Shown here piece by piece: positions 49,686 to 60,168 of a stretch of DNA of 64,000 nt. The position numbers and the translations under genes were made by a program. Source of the stretch: a bacterium (GTDB lineage: Bacteria; Bacteroidota; Ignavibacteria; UBA10030); assembly GCA_043803945.1 (NCBI GenBank), contig JAZDJN010000034.1, positions 3,190-67,189 on the forward strand, written 5' to 3'. The notes beneath the pieces are model-generated. The model was not told the DNA's origin. It searched no databases and saw nothing but the letters and a program-made list of their open reading frames with translations. Position 1 is the first letter of the stretch; each line of letters opens with the position of its first letter.

Positions 49686-50771
49686 ATGAAGGTCCTTCAT
49701 ATTGCGCCGCTCAACGTTGCCGGTGTTCCCTACTCGATGATGGAGATGCAACGGCGTTCCGGTGCAACAGCGCGATTGGTGACACTCCACCGAAATCGGT
49801 ATAATTTCCCTGAAGACATTTGCCTCGATTTACCACTTCCCAGGAACAGCGCTGCAGCATTCTGGAGATCAATAAAAAATAAAAAGCGAAAAGAGGAATC
49901 AAGAGAACTTCCTTCAACGCCTCGCGGCACTCCTCTCTTGTACGAACCTGCAAACCTCCTGGAAGCACTCTATTTTCAATGGGACGACCGTCGCCGGAAA
50001 TCTCTGGTCGATGAGGCTGTCAAAACGTATGAGCTGGATCAATATGACATTATCCATTACGATGGCGGTGCCGACCTTTTCCGTGACGCTCACCTTGCTC
50101 AGCAATGGAAAGCTGCCGGCAAGAAAATCGTCTGTCATTACATGGGAAGTGATTTACGGTTACGCGGCGTTCATCCGAGAATGGAGCACCTCAGCGATCT
50201 CAACCTGACCAATGAAAGCGACCATCTCCTCCTTCATCCTAATATCCATTACCTCTATATTCCATTTGATACATCGGTTTTTAAAGTTCGCCTTAAAGAA
50301 AACAATCGACTCCGGATTATTCATTCACCTACCAATCGGGCGGCAAAGGGAACAGCATTAATACTCCCTGTCATCGAAGCAATTAAAAAAATACGCCACA
50401 TCGAATTCTTGCTGGTTGAAAACAAAACACATCAGAAAGTGCTTCAAATAAAAGAAACATGTGATATTGCGATCGAACAGGTGGGAAATTACGGTGGAAC
50501 AGGATATGGGCGGAATTCACTAGAAACGCTAGCGCTCGGAATTCCTACAATCACGCAAATGACTCCCGACTACCTTGCCTGGCTTCCTGAAAATCCATTC
50601 ATACTGGCGAATCCTAATACCCTCTATGAAACTCTCCTTCGGGTGATCGATGACAAAGAGCTTCGGATGAAGAAAAAGGAAGAAGGCCGGCAATGGGTAG
50701 AACGATATCATTCAGTTGAATCTGTTCATGCCAGCTTAATGATATTGTATAACCAATTCGGGATAGTGTGA
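49686..50771 (+). CDS. Glycosyltransferase family 1/4-like (GT-B fold)
   Basis: MKVLHIAP N-terminus; C-terminal E...LALGIPTI...E region resembling the GT4 nucleotide-sugar binding half. Confidence 0.45.
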   Translation: MKVLHIAPLNVAGVPYSMMEMQRRSGATARLVTLHRNRYNFPEDICLDLPLPRNSAAAFWRSIKNKKRKEESRELPSTPRGTPLLYEPANLLEALYFQWDDRRRKSLVDEAVKTYELDQYDIIHYDGGADLFRDAHLAQQWKAAGKKIVCHYMGSDLRLRGVHPRMEHLSDLNLTNESDHLLLHPNIHYLYIPFDTSVFKVRLKENNRLRIIHSPTNRAAKGTALILPVIEAIKKIRHIEFLLVENKTHQKVLQIKETCDIAIEQVGNYGGTGYGRNSLETLALGIPTITQMTPDYLAWLPENPFILANPNTLYETLLRVIDDKELRMKKKEEGRQWVERYHSVESVHASLMILYNQFGIV

Positions 50772-50949
50772 ATGTCTGGGAATCTCTATCAACAATTGCA
50801 GAAAGCAGGATATCGCTGCAGAATAGTCTGAAACACCTGGTGAAGTGCTACCTCAACTGGGAAAAGGAGAAATACTCTTCTGTCTTGCTACTGATGCCGT
50901 GTAAATAACAATCGTGTTTTCTCCTTTTCACCATCAGTAGGAGGATCTT

Positions 50950-52091
50950 ATGTCAACCTATCGATGCACCACTCTCATATTAATTGTTCTTGCATTCGCA
51001 TTCCAACGACCGCTTGCCCGCCAAGTTTCAACTGCCAATAACAATAAAGCAGATAATCATTTCAAACTGCAAAAAGAATATTTTCTAAATCCACCTGCTC
51101 TATCAATGCCGGAGATTTTTACACACTCAACAATATTTATTTTAATCAACGAAACAATGTAGTCATACCAGATTTTCGAAATTATCGCATCCTGATTTTT
51201 AAGCAAGATGGTACATTTATAAAATCTTTTGGTAGAAAAGGCCAATGCCCTGGCGAGTTCCTATTTGATTGTCATGTGAATGTATCGCCTAAAGGCTTCA
51301 TTTATGCCATTGAAGGAATAGCGACTAAGAGAATTCTCGCGTTCGATCAGAATGGTAGTTTTGTGAGGCAATCTCATTATTCAAATAAGGAATATGGTAT
51401 AGGAGATTATTCATTTCTTAGTGAACAAGAAATTGTTGCACGCCTTAATGCATCGATTAAGCTGTCCGGCAAGGAGTTGAAGCGAAAAGAGTATATAGCC
51501 ATCATTAACTTAAATGATTATACAACAAAAATTATTGAAGAAGGTCTTGAAAAAGATATGACAGATTTTTCTTCTGATTTCACTAATGTTCTAAGCACCA
51601 AAGAGGGTCGTTTCGTATTCGGACTTTCGAGCCAAAAGGAGTACAAATTATTCTTCTATGATAAAAATGGAACGCTGATAAGAAACATCGTTAAGGAATT
51701 TGAACCGGTAAAAATGAAAGGTAAAAAGAGAGAAGAATATGAGAAACTCGCAGATAGAAGAAAGAATGTTCAAATGAAATTGGGAGGCAGTGCAAATACC
51801 CAGATCGAAAGTGAGCCATATTTCTACATCATAAGAAGATTGACTCTCGACTCATATGATAATCTCTGGGTATTTACCTCGGAAAGTCAAAACGAAGATA
51901 TGTTGTCGGTAAATTTGTATGATAAACAAGGTAACTTCATAAAGGCTTTCTATTTGGAAAACGAAGAACTTGGCAGTCAGAATCTCTTGAGAGTGGTCAT
52001 TCGTGATAATTATCTTTATGCAATCGTTGCTGATAAAGATAATTTTGAGCATATATATACGTATTCTCTCCCAAAAGAAATATGCCAATAG
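50950..52091 (+). pseudogene. Six-bladed beta-propeller (NHL-like) lipoprotein-family gene split by a frameshift near 51060-51120 (signal-peptide ORF 50950..51162 in frame 1, propeller body 51057..52091 in frame 0 with no ATG)
   Basis: The body translation ...SINAGDFYTLNNIYFNQRNNVVIPDFRNYRILIFKQDGTFIKSFGRKGQCPGEFLFDCHVNVSPKGFIYAIE runs in frame upstream of the GTG given by the ORF track. The separate leader ORF MSTYRCTTLILIVLAFAF is signal-peptide-like. Confidence 0.45.
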
Positions 52092-52171
52092 AATGAATGA
52101 AACTGTTCGATATATACTTACTGCTATTAATTAATTGTGTTTATTATAGAGGATCTGGTTGCTAACACAAT

Positions 52172-53965
52172 ATGCATTTCGATTATTTAAAGCAAAATAA
52201 GAACTTTCTCTACGGCGGAGTGATCGCAGCAATAGGGCTCCTGCGGTTCATTAACCTAGGATTTCTCGATCTTCAGGCCTGGGATGAAGCGCTCTATACC
52301 GTGCGTGCGCAGGGAATTCTCCACTACGGCACGTGGCTCGACCAGACTTCGACGTCCATTGGAGGATTATATTCTGCACTCCATCCTCCCTTCTATGTCT
52401 GGCTGACAACGGTATCATTATTTCTTTTTGGGGAAAATGAATTCGCTGCTCGCTTCGTTTCTGCCCTCTGCTCGGGATTAACTCTGCCTATAGTGTATAC
52501 AATCGGAAAACGGTTAGCCAATCGCGAGGTCGGTCTTTTTGCTGCGCTTTTCTTTGGACTGAATCCCTTTGTAAACTTCTATGCCCGCCAGGGTCAGTTT
52601 GATTCAACATTGGTATTCCTTCTGGCACTCTCTGTACTCCTCCTGATTCAGGCCCTCGAAGAAAATTCATACCGACTGTCGATACTGACCGGAGTAGTAA
52701 TCGGGCTTGGATTGTTGACTAAGCTCTTCGTCGCTTTCGGTATTCCATTAGTATTCTCATTATGGATTGCTTTCAATCGTGAAATCGATGAGTCTAAGTA
52801 CTGGAGGCACTTTATCGTCCTGCTGATTCCGGCTATCCTTATTGCGGCGCCCTGGCTTTGCTACATGACCGTTGTTCATGGAAACGGAAATGTGTTTTTC
52901 TTCCTGAAGGCCTCGGCAATAGTCGAGCGCAGCGTCGCCGGAATTGAAGGAAATGCAAAGCCGCTGGAGGTATTCTATTTTATCAATCAGCTATTCGTGC
53001 TATTTCCTATTGGTGTTTTCTTCTTATTACGCAGCCTTTTTGATGCGATGAAAACAAGAGAAGGCTTCAGATGGTTTATCTCCCTATGGTTTATTATCTT
53101 TTTCTTCATCTTCTCGATCATGCGGACGAAACTCGAGGTCTACATGCTCCCTATGCTGGTTCCAGCTTCACTCCTCGCAGCATTTGAATTGGAGCGTATC
53201 AAGAACGAATCACGGTCATCAAAGGAAACGGTTGTTCTCCTATTATTTACCACTCTTGCTGTAGTATGGTCTCTCAGCCAGCAGTGGCGCAATTCTTTAA
53301 AATCCTTATTCCTCTCGAGCATTGGGAGATCCAATATTGATGTAACAGAACTTCTTCAGGCCATTCCCCTCCTCGCTCTTTGCCTAACTTCCTCGATTGG
53401 TTTCTTTTTTCTCTGGAAAAGTGGCAGACTGAATATTGTTACTAAATATCTCGTTGTTCTTCTCTTTCTTCCATTCTTTATCTACATCAATTATTGCATC
53501 CTCTATCGTGATCTTATATCGTTTGATGATGGTGGAAAGAGGGCCGCCGAGTTAATTGAATCGAGAGACTTTGAACGCATCGCAGTGATTGGCTTCGATC
53601 GGAATCCGCAATTAACCTACTACCTAAAGGGAGCTGATATTGGATGGCGAAATGATTTAGAAATTGAACGGTTCACTCCACCGCAGAATCGTTCGGAGAT
53701 CCGGCTCTGGCTCACTCACCAAATGCTCGAGATGCCGGAAGGTACTGCGATCGTGATCGAGAAGGATAAATTTATCCGCTATGAGTGGGTAACAGCTGAA
53801 GAGGTTGTCCCGACAAATTATCAAATCGTTTTTGACAGCAGGCGGTATGCTATTTTCAGCAAGCCGAAATTCCATCATCTCGCTGAGGGTTCCAGGTCTT
53901 TCTGGAATGAAGCGAATCCATCTATAATGCGCTCTTTATCCATTGAAGGTTTTCGAGAGGAATAA
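52172..53965 (+). CDS. ArnT/PMT-like (GT39/GT83 family) polytopic membrane glycosyltransferase
   Basis: First-loop DE motif (LDLQAWDEALYTV), about 12 TM helices, 597 aa. Confidence 0.7.
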   Translation: MHFDYLKQNKNFLYGGVIAAIGLLRFINLGFLDLQAWDEALYTVRAQGILHYGTWLDQTSTSIGGLYSALHPPFYVWLTTVSLFLFGENEFAARFVSALCSGLTLPIVYTIGKRLANREVGLFAALFFGLNPFVNFYARQGQFDSTLVFLLALSVLLLIQALEENSYRLSILTGVVIGLGLLTKLFVAFGIPLVFSLWIAFNREIDESKYWRHFIVLLIPAILIAAPWLCYMTVVHGNGNVFFFLKASAIVERSVAGIEGNAKPLEVFYFINQLFVLFPIGVFFLLRSLFDAMKTREGFRWFISLWFIIFFFIFSIMRTKLEVYMLPMLVPASLLAAFELERIKNESRSSKETVVLLLFTTLAVVWSLSQQWRNSLKSLFLSSIGRSNIDVTELLQAIPLLALCLTSSIGFFFLWKSGRLNIVTKYLVVLLFLPFFIYINYCILYRDLISFDDGGKRAAELIESRDFERIAVIGFDRNPQLTYYLKGADIGWRNDLEIERFTPPQNRSEIRLWLTHQMLEMPEGTAIVIEKDKFIRYEWVTAEEVVPTNYQIVFDSRRYAIFSKPKFHHLAEGSRSFWNEANPSIMRSLSIEGFREE

Positions 53966-55253
53966 ATCCATAATTGTAGAAATTATAACTGTTAACTCCC
54001 AAATCCTTCGCAACGATCATTCGATCGAGAAAATCTTTCTTCCCTCCGCTCTCTGGTAATCCAACCTGAAATCCCAATGTAATAGCCGCTTCACCAAAGT
54101 CTCTTCGCATCGATTCATATTGTTGGCGAAGCGTTTTGCCGTCGCGGACATAACCCAAGAGTAGTGCATCGTGGGTCCGAGCTACGGTTTTACCAGAATT
54201 CACACCAACGACGAAACGCGCAGTCGGATCGAGCGAAAACATTGGTCGGAGAATACATGAACCTGCTTGCTCCATCAACTCATCAATTAATGAAAGTAGA
54301 GATTGTTGACGCCAATCTTGAAACGGTGTAACAAGTTCTGAGGGCAAATCTTCTGGTTTGGAATATTTTATGTTGATTGAACCCGGCGATGCAAAGTGAG
54401 CCGTTAAGGTCTTTCTCGTAAAGTGCCTGAGAGGCTCAAGTGTATAGCCCGTCATTTGAGCCGATTTTTCACATGAGGAACAAAAGCAGCATCCTAAAAG
54501 AAACCTAAGTCCCGCACTAAGTTCAATCCCTTCCCGTTCATGGTGATAGCCGTGCGTGTATCCTTGAAACTGCAGAGCCTCCAACTCGATGGCTTCAACA
54601 CCACACTCAGCCACATTCTTCACAAGCCCTCTCAGATAGTGTCGTACTAACGGATTATTTGGGCATAGATTGTGGAAGATTGTATCTCCGAAAACATTCT
54701 CACAGGCCGCTTCGGGATAGGCCATACCAATTCGCGTATTATGGCAGCAGACGATCCACGCCCTGGTTGAAAATCTCTTCTTCTCAGCGTACCGTTTGAA
54801 CGATTGCAGAGAATACCCTTCTCTCACCAGGGAGTGTTCCTTCGGCTTGATTTGACCGTAATATTTCTGGTTCGCTTTAAAGTATATCACACCATCTTCC
54901 AGGAAGACAACCTTCCTCTTTGGATTATGCGGAGCCAGAAATTTGCCAGCATGATACGCACTTGCGAGACTCACGGAGTTTACACCAACTTCACTCAATC
55001 GGCCAAGAACTGTATCATACCCTTCATCGACCAAATCCCACAGATAGGTCCACATGGAAGCTGAGTATTTCATTTTCTGCTCGGCTTTTACTAGTTGAGG
55101 GAATATTTCTAAATGAGCAGCACCAAAGCCGAGTGCGGCGGCTTTCATACTTGTGCTGATAAATTTTTTTCTATTCATTGTGAAATACCTGAAGTTGATG
55201 AACTCCTTGTTCTGTAATGGAAGGTAGAGTTCTTCATCTCCTTTTTCAAGCAC
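53922..55253 (-). CDS. Hypothetical secreted protein (possible glycoside-hydrolase-like TIM-barrel); true start probably the internal MNRKKF
   Basis: N-terminal signal-like KKFISTSMKAAALGFGAA; no confident motif; 3' end overlaps the convergent gene by about 44 nt. Confidence 0.3.
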   Translation of the reverse strand: MLEKGDEELYLPLQNKEFINFRYFTMNRKKFISTSMKAAALGFGAAHLEIFPQLVKAEQKMKYSASMWTYLWDLVDEGYDTVLGRLSEVGVNSVSLASAYHAGKFLAPHNPKRKVVFLEDGVIYFKANQKYYGQIKPKEHSLVREGYSLQSFKRYAEKKRFSTRAWIVCCHNTRIGMAYPEAACENVFGDTIFHNLCPNNPLVRHYLRGLVKNVAECGVEAIELEALQFQGYTHGYHHEREGIELSAGLRFLLGCCFCSSCEKSAQMTGYTLEPLRHFTRKTLTAHFASPGSINIKYSKPEDLPSELVTPFQDWRQQSLLSLIDELMEQAGSCILRPMFSLDPTARFVVGVNSGKTVARTHDALLLGYVRDGKTLRQQYESMRRDFGEAAITLGFQVGLPESGGKKDFLDRMIVAKDLGVNSYNFYNYGFIPLENLQWIKSAL

Positions 55254-55318
55254 ATCTGAAAATAATTGTTATTCTACCACAGAAGCACTATCTTGAGCAA
55301 GAGAAGAGGAAAATTTTG

Positions 55319-55840
55319 ATGAAAACCAAGATTGTGATAGGTACAGGACTTGCTATTCTTATCACCGCATTTGCACTTATGGATGGATTCCAGGGTGAAG
55401 AAAGCACCGCATCTGCAGCAATACCATGGAAGAAGTTTGATGAAGGTGTTTTGCTCGCAAAGAAAGAGAATAAAAAAATTATTGTCGATGTCTACACAGA
55501 TTGGTGCAGCTGGTGTAAAAAAATGGACAAGGAGGTTTACGGAAATCCGGCAATTAGCAAAATGCTTTCGAAGAACTTCATATCTGTTAAGCTGAATCCG
55601 GAAGCTTCGGAACAGGTTACCTTCGAGGGACGCTCTATTGCTAACAGTCAATTTGCGCAGAATTTCGGCGTTACCGGTTACCCGACGACACTTTTTCTCG
55701 ACTCAGAGATGAAGCCCATAACGATTCTCCCAGGATACGTTACTGAAACTGAATTCCGTAAAATCCTGACCTACATCGGAGAGAATCATTATAAATCAAT
55801 GAGTTTTGACCAATACCGTTCAACCGCGTCAAAGGAATAA
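55319..55840 (+). CDS. Thioredoxin-fold protein (DUF255/thioredoxin-like, CxxC)
   Basis: N-terminal TM/signal MKTKIVIGTGLAILITAFAL, DWCSWCKKM active-site motif, GYPTTLFLD. Confidence 0.65.
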   Translation: MKTKIVIGTGLAILITAFALMDGFQGEESTASAAIPWKKFDEGVLLAKKENKKIIVDVYTDWCSWCKKMDKEVYGNPAISKMLSKNFISVKLNPEASEQVTFEGRSIANSQFAQNFGVTGYPTTLFLDSEMKPITILPGYVTETEFRKILTYIGENHYKSMSFDQYRSTASKE

Positions 55841-55855
55841 TTTTCTGAACCTACG

Positions 55856-56722
55856 ATGAAAGTTACTGGGTTTTCATTTGTCCGAAATGCGCTGAAATAC
55901 AATTATCCTGTCCTGGAATCCTATACCTCGATTCTTCCTGTCTGTGACGAGTTTATTGTCGTAGTCGGAAAGTCAGAGGATGCGACTCTCGATCTGATAC
56001 AATCGATCAATTCACCAAAAATAAAGATTATCGAAACGGTATGGGATGAATCGCTCCGATCCGGAGGCCTCATACTCTCGCAGCAAACAAACGTTGCCCT
56101 TCATGCCATCAGCGCAGATTGGGCGTTCTATATTCAGGCTGATGAGGTAGTGCATGAGAATGACCTGCCGGCAATTCGAACAGCAATGGAGGAGTACCTG
56201 CCGGAAAAAAAGGTCGAAGGGCTTCTCTTTTCCTATAATCACTTTTTCGGCAGCTATGAGTATATTGGATCCTCACGACGATGGTATAGGAAAGAAATCC
56301 GTGTCGTGCGGCCCGGCATTGGAGTCTCTTCATGGAAGGATGCGCAGGGTTTCAGAATAGCGGATCGCAAGGTACGTGTAAAAGAAATCGATGCAACAAT
56401 TTTCCACTACGGCTGGGTTAAACCACCTCAAGCGCAGCAGGCAAAACAGAAAAGTTTTAATAAGCTTTGGCATTCCGATGATTGGATCGATCACAATGTC
56501 GGTTCAGGTGAAGAATATGAGTACCAGGGAAGATCAGCCCTCACTCGCTTCAGTGGGAGCCACCCTGCCGTCATGAAGAAACAGATTGCAGATCAAAACT
56601 GGAAGTTTGAGTACGATCCCGCTGCCATTCATCGCCGAATGAAGGATGGTGTACTCGAATGGATAGAATCAAATACCGGTTGGAGAATCGGTGAATATAA
56701 AAATTATGAACTCATTGAATGA
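55856..56722 (+). CDS. Glycosyltransferase family 2-like (LPS-core type), tentative
   Basis: Rossmann-like N-terminus FSFVRNALKYNYPVLES...CDEFIVV with an acidic DE-containing motif; no strong match recalled. Confidence 0.4.
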   Translation: MKVTGFSFVRNALKYNYPVLESYTSILPVCDEFIVVVGKSEDATLDLIQSINSPKIKIIETVWDESLRSGGLILSQQTNVALHAISADWAFYIQADEVVHENDLPAIRTAMEEYLPEKKVEGLLFSYNHFFGSYEYIGSSRRWYRKEIRVVRPGIGVSSWKDAQGFRIADRKVRVKEIDATIFHYGWVKPPQAQQAKQKSFNKLWHSDDWIDHNVGSGEEYEYQGRSALTRFSGSHPAVMKKQIADQNWKFEYDPAAIHRRMKDGVLEWIESNTGWRIGEYKNYELIE

Positions 56723-57936
56723 TGCTGAGGATCCAAGTTCTCATCAGACTGTGCCACAGCGGCTGACGCAAAAATCAATCCTGCCACAAACCACCATCCC
56801 AAACAATTAATAAACGACCCATAGTAGTTCTGGAAGAAGCTGCCTATCAGAAATCCACATAATGCCACTGTTGAACCGTTGGCAATGGCTCTCAAGTTAT
56901 TATCCTTCGCTCTCCGACTCGTACGCAATCCGGTCCACAACGCAATGAACCACAGAGCGATAAAATTCAGAAAGCCAATTATTCCAGAAGAAACCAGGAC
57001 AGTGAGATAGTCGTTATGAGGATGAACCGTTGTATCATAGAACCCCGGAACCTTGAAACGCTCGAAGACGAGATCCCAGTTGTCTTCACCAATACCTAAC
57101 ACGGGGGTATCTTTCCAGACTGCAATTGCTGTTTTCCAGAGGTTGAGCCTGGTCTCGTTCTGCGTTACATCGACGATTGAGAATATTCTCTCTTTTATTG
57201 CCGGAACGGTAAGCATTACGGCGATGATAACAACCACAAGAGAGGCTGTAACGATGAGTCCCAATTTTTTAGATTTTAAAAATGAAAAGAGAGGAATAAG
57301 TGCTGCGATTGCCAGCCAAATACTTCGTGCGAAAGTTCCAATAATCGCGAAGAAGGATATTGCCGTTATACTGAGATACATCCAGCGTCTCCTTCCCTTC
57401 GCCTCAACGCTGTGACTTGCCGCAAGGAACAATACAGACATCGCGAACGCTGCGAAGGTAAGGTAAAACCCATAGAATCCAACAGCGCGATAATAATTTC
57501 CCATTGGATCCAACGGAAGATTCCTGTACAACTCAACACCCGCAAAAGTTTCCCACATTGCATAGACCATCGCAATTGAAGATGAGAAAAGAAAGAGGTT
57601 GACAATTCTCTTTAAGACGCGAACATCCTTCACGTTCCAGAAAAGCATGACCATCAACAGCGCAGGCCACTCATTATCGATCAGTGCTGTTAGGCTATGA
57701 AGCGGCCTTTCAGAGATTGCTGATGAGAGAATATTCCAAATGAGGTAGAATGTTAATGGAATAAAGAAGACATGACGCTGAATTTGCCATCGCTTATTCA
57801 GCAAGCCTTCCAGGAACCATCCAATGAAACTGAATGCGATGCCGAATTGAGCTGGGACATGAGAGATCGGAATGCTAAATGCAAAAAGGTAAAAGCCTGT
57901 AAGAGTGAGCGTGGTGGGAAATGTTGCTCTCTTCAT
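56704..57936 (-). CDS. O-antigen ligase (WaaL/Wzy_C) family membrane protein
   Basis: About 11 TM helices with a large periplasmic loop near the C-terminal third; stop overlaps the start of the upstream GT9 gene. Confidence 0.55.
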   Translation of the reverse strand: MKRATFPTTLTLTGFYLFAFSIPISHVPAQFGIAFSFIGWFLEGLLNKRWQIQRHVFFIPLTFYLIWNILSSAISERPLHSLTALIDNEWPALLMVMLFWNVKDVRVLKRIVNLFLFSSSIAMVYAMWETFAGVELYRNLPLDPMGNYYRAVGFYGFYLTFAAFAMSVLFLAASHSVEAKGRRRWMYLSITAISFFAIIGTFARSIWLAIAALIPLFSFLKSKKLGLIVTASLVVVIIAVMLTVPAIKERIFSIVDVTQNETRLNLWKTAIAVWKDTPVLGIGEDNWDLVFERFKVPGFYDTTVHPHNDYLTVLVSSGIIGFLNFIALWFIALWTGLRTSRRAKDNNLRAIANGSTVALCGFLIGSFFQNYYGSFINCLGWWFVAGLIFASAAVAQSDENLDPQHHSMSS

Positions 57937-59084
57937 CGATTCTTCATACTCCCGGAAAAATTTTTAACTGCTGCAACCAACGTTTCTATCGGAATACTGG
58001 AAACAGGTTTCTGTTCCTCCGCTCTCACCGCTGCGTAAGGCACCTGGTAAGGCAGCCATTCGTGCACTTCTTTCAAAGGAGTATAAATTCCAAGAACCGG
58101 AGTTTTCATCGCTGAGGCAAAATGAACGATGGAGGTGTCAGGGGTAATGGCAAAAAGTGCTCCTTCAAGGAGAGACGCGATTTCGAGCAATGATGCGACT
58201 CCTTCCTCAGGATAAAGGAGAAGGTTATTCTTTTTACTCTCTCTCTTCAATAGTCCTATCATCTCTGTATCATTTGGTGCAACAATAGAGATTGTCTTTT
58301 CTGGATGAAGTGTAGCCATAAATTCCATCAATCCTTTTGCTTGCGTTTGAGAGATCTGCCGTTCCCTATCACCGGCGGAGGGATTTAAAAGTATATATCG
58401 ATTGCCTTCCGTTCTTGGAGAACCGTATCTGACCAGATTGTGAGTCCGGAGATATCTATCAACAGCAGCCTTGCTTTTCTCGTCGATAAAGATTTCAAAA
58501 GGAAATCTTTTCCCTTCGGCCGATTCGTGAAATACTTGATCAATGATCGAGTAAAGCGTTTCAACCATATGGGCCTTTAAACGATCGAGCTTCAGCAGTC
58601 GGTTATAGTAAAATCGATACTTCTCATCTCCCTGACCAACTTTATACCCTTCAGGAGCTATGATATTTGCCAGGAGTGCGCCGGATGTGGTTCGATTAAA
58701 AATAAAATTGAGTACTACGCTGTACTGTTCCCTCCGTGCCCGAAGAATCTCCTTGAAAAGGCGAAACCAATTCTTTTCCAGAAGGAAAATAGTATCGATA
58801 AAAGGATTTTTTTTAATTAATTCCGCGTTGCCCGGACTCGCAAAAACACCAATGGAGAGTGCGGGATGAATTGATTTCAATGTACGAAATATCGGTGTAG
58901 TGACGATCATATCACCTAATCGATCGTAACGAAGGATGAGAATCTTACGGATTGAATGGAGGTGCAGCGGAGCGTTTGACTCAGGATTTCTAAAAATGAA
59001 ACGGAGGAGCGGATAGACAAGGCGGTGTCTGAACCAATATTCCAGTTTTTCTACAAGGGGTCTCATAAATGCTTCATTGGCCAT
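57933..59084 (-). CDS. Glycosyltransferase family 9 (LPS heptosyltransferase-like), paralog 1
   Basis: ILRYDRLGDMIVTTPIFRTLK and VHFASAMKTPVLGIY GT9 motifs. Start moved to the internal MANEAF to remove a 200-nt out-of-frame overlap. Confidence 0.75.
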   Translation of the reverse strand: MANEAFMRPLVEKLEYWFRHRLVYPLLRFIFRNPESNAPLHLHSIRKILILRYDRLGDMIVTTPIFRTLKSIHPALSIGVFASPGNAELIKKNPFIDTIFLLEKNWFRLFKEILRARREQYSVVLNFIFNRTTSGALLANIIAPEGYKVGQGDEKYRFYYNRLLKLDRLKAHMVETLYSIIDQVFHESAEGKRFPFEIFIDEKSKAAVDRYLRTHNLVRYGSPRTEGNRYILLNPSAGDRERQISQTQAKGLMEFMATLHPEKTISIVAPNDTEMIGLLKRESKKNNLLLYPEEGVASLLEIASLLEGALFAITPDTSIVHFASAMKTPVLGIYTPLKEVHEWLPYQVPYAAVRAEEQKPVSSIPIETLVAAVKNFSGSMKNR

Positions 59085-60168
59085 GATACAGAGTCCTTTT
59101 GTAGAGTGAACGAAACGCTTGTTCAACTTTCTCGACAGGAATAGTACGCAAATCATCGATTTCAGTAACGAGCGCCTCGCAATCAACACCGTACGGTTCC
59201 CAAATCCGAAGCTCTTTATTAGATTGAACGTAGAGAACGACGGAGGGAATTTTGTACGCTGCTGCAAGATGGACAACAGAAGTATCTGGTGTGATCAGGA
59301 TCGCGGAATGCTTCACAAGTGCAGCAAACTGGTCAAATGTAGGTGTGATTGGAGATAATGTAATTCCCGGACATTGAGCGATGATTTCTTCAGCCTCCTT
59401 CCTATCGGAAGGTTGACAGAGAAGAAGTATGGGATGATACTGGAACTCTCTCTGAAGCATCAGGAAAAGTCTTTGATAATTCTCTCGCCCCCAATAGCGC
59501 ACTCCATCTGTTGGGGAAATATTCACGGCGATGAGAGATCTTCCAATAATCTTATGACTCTGGAGGAATTCTTCTGCAAATGAATCTGATTGCTGAGATG
59601 TTTTGTAGGAGAGATCAAACCGTTCTCCTGAAGGATCGATCTTGAATACCGTGAGTAGTTGAGCAATCCGATCGATAATATGGACATCTCTTCGTGATAA
59701 CAGCGGGATGGTAATATCGTAGACATAGTGATTCTCTTTGCTCAAGCCAATATTCCATTTTCCATTGGCGAGCGCACAGAATACCGTAGATGTTGTGGAT
59801 GGATTATCCATCAGATCGATGACGAAATCGTACTGTTCTTTGCGGATGGCGCGTAGAAGGGAGAGTGCGTGCGAGAAAGACTTTCTATAGATCCATCGTT
59901 TTCGAATGAGAGGGTCGTTGTCAAGCACAAAATGGTTATTGGAACTGAGAAAGAAATCAACCGTTGCGTTGGGATAATGATTTTTGAGTGATCGATAGAG
60001 TGGCGTTGAAATGAGCACATCGCCGATTCTATCCTGCCGAACAAAGAGAAATTTGCATGTATTAAAATCGATGGTTGGCGGCAGGCTGTTGTTTCTTCGA
60101 ACAAAGAGGCTGAGGGCCCTGATGAGAAAACGGCGTAATGAGATCTCAAGAGATTTGAAGATGCCCAC
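59074..60168 (-). CDS. Glycosyltransferase family 9 (LPS heptosyltransferase-like), paralog 2
   Basis: FVRQDRIGDVLISTPLYRSLK and VVHLAAAYKIPSVVLY GT9 motifs. Confidence 0.75.
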   Translation of the reverse strand: MGIFKSLEISLRRFLIRALSLFVRRNNSLPPTIDFNTCKFLFVRQDRIGDVLISTPLYRSLKNHYPNATVDFFLSSNNHFVLDNDPLIRKRWIYRKSFSHALSLLRAIRKEQYDFVIDLMDNPSTTSTVFCALANGKWNIGLSKENHYVYDITIPLLSRRDVHIIDRIAQLLTVFKIDPSGERFDLSYKTSQQSDSFAEEFLQSHKIIGRSLIAVNISPTDGVRYWGRENYQRLFLMLQREFQYHPILLLCQPSDRKEAEEIIAQCPGITLSPITPTFDQFAALVKHSAILITPDTSVVHLAAAYKIPSVVLYVQSNKELRIWEPYGVDCEALVTEIDDLRTIPVEKVEQAFRSLYKRTLYHGQ

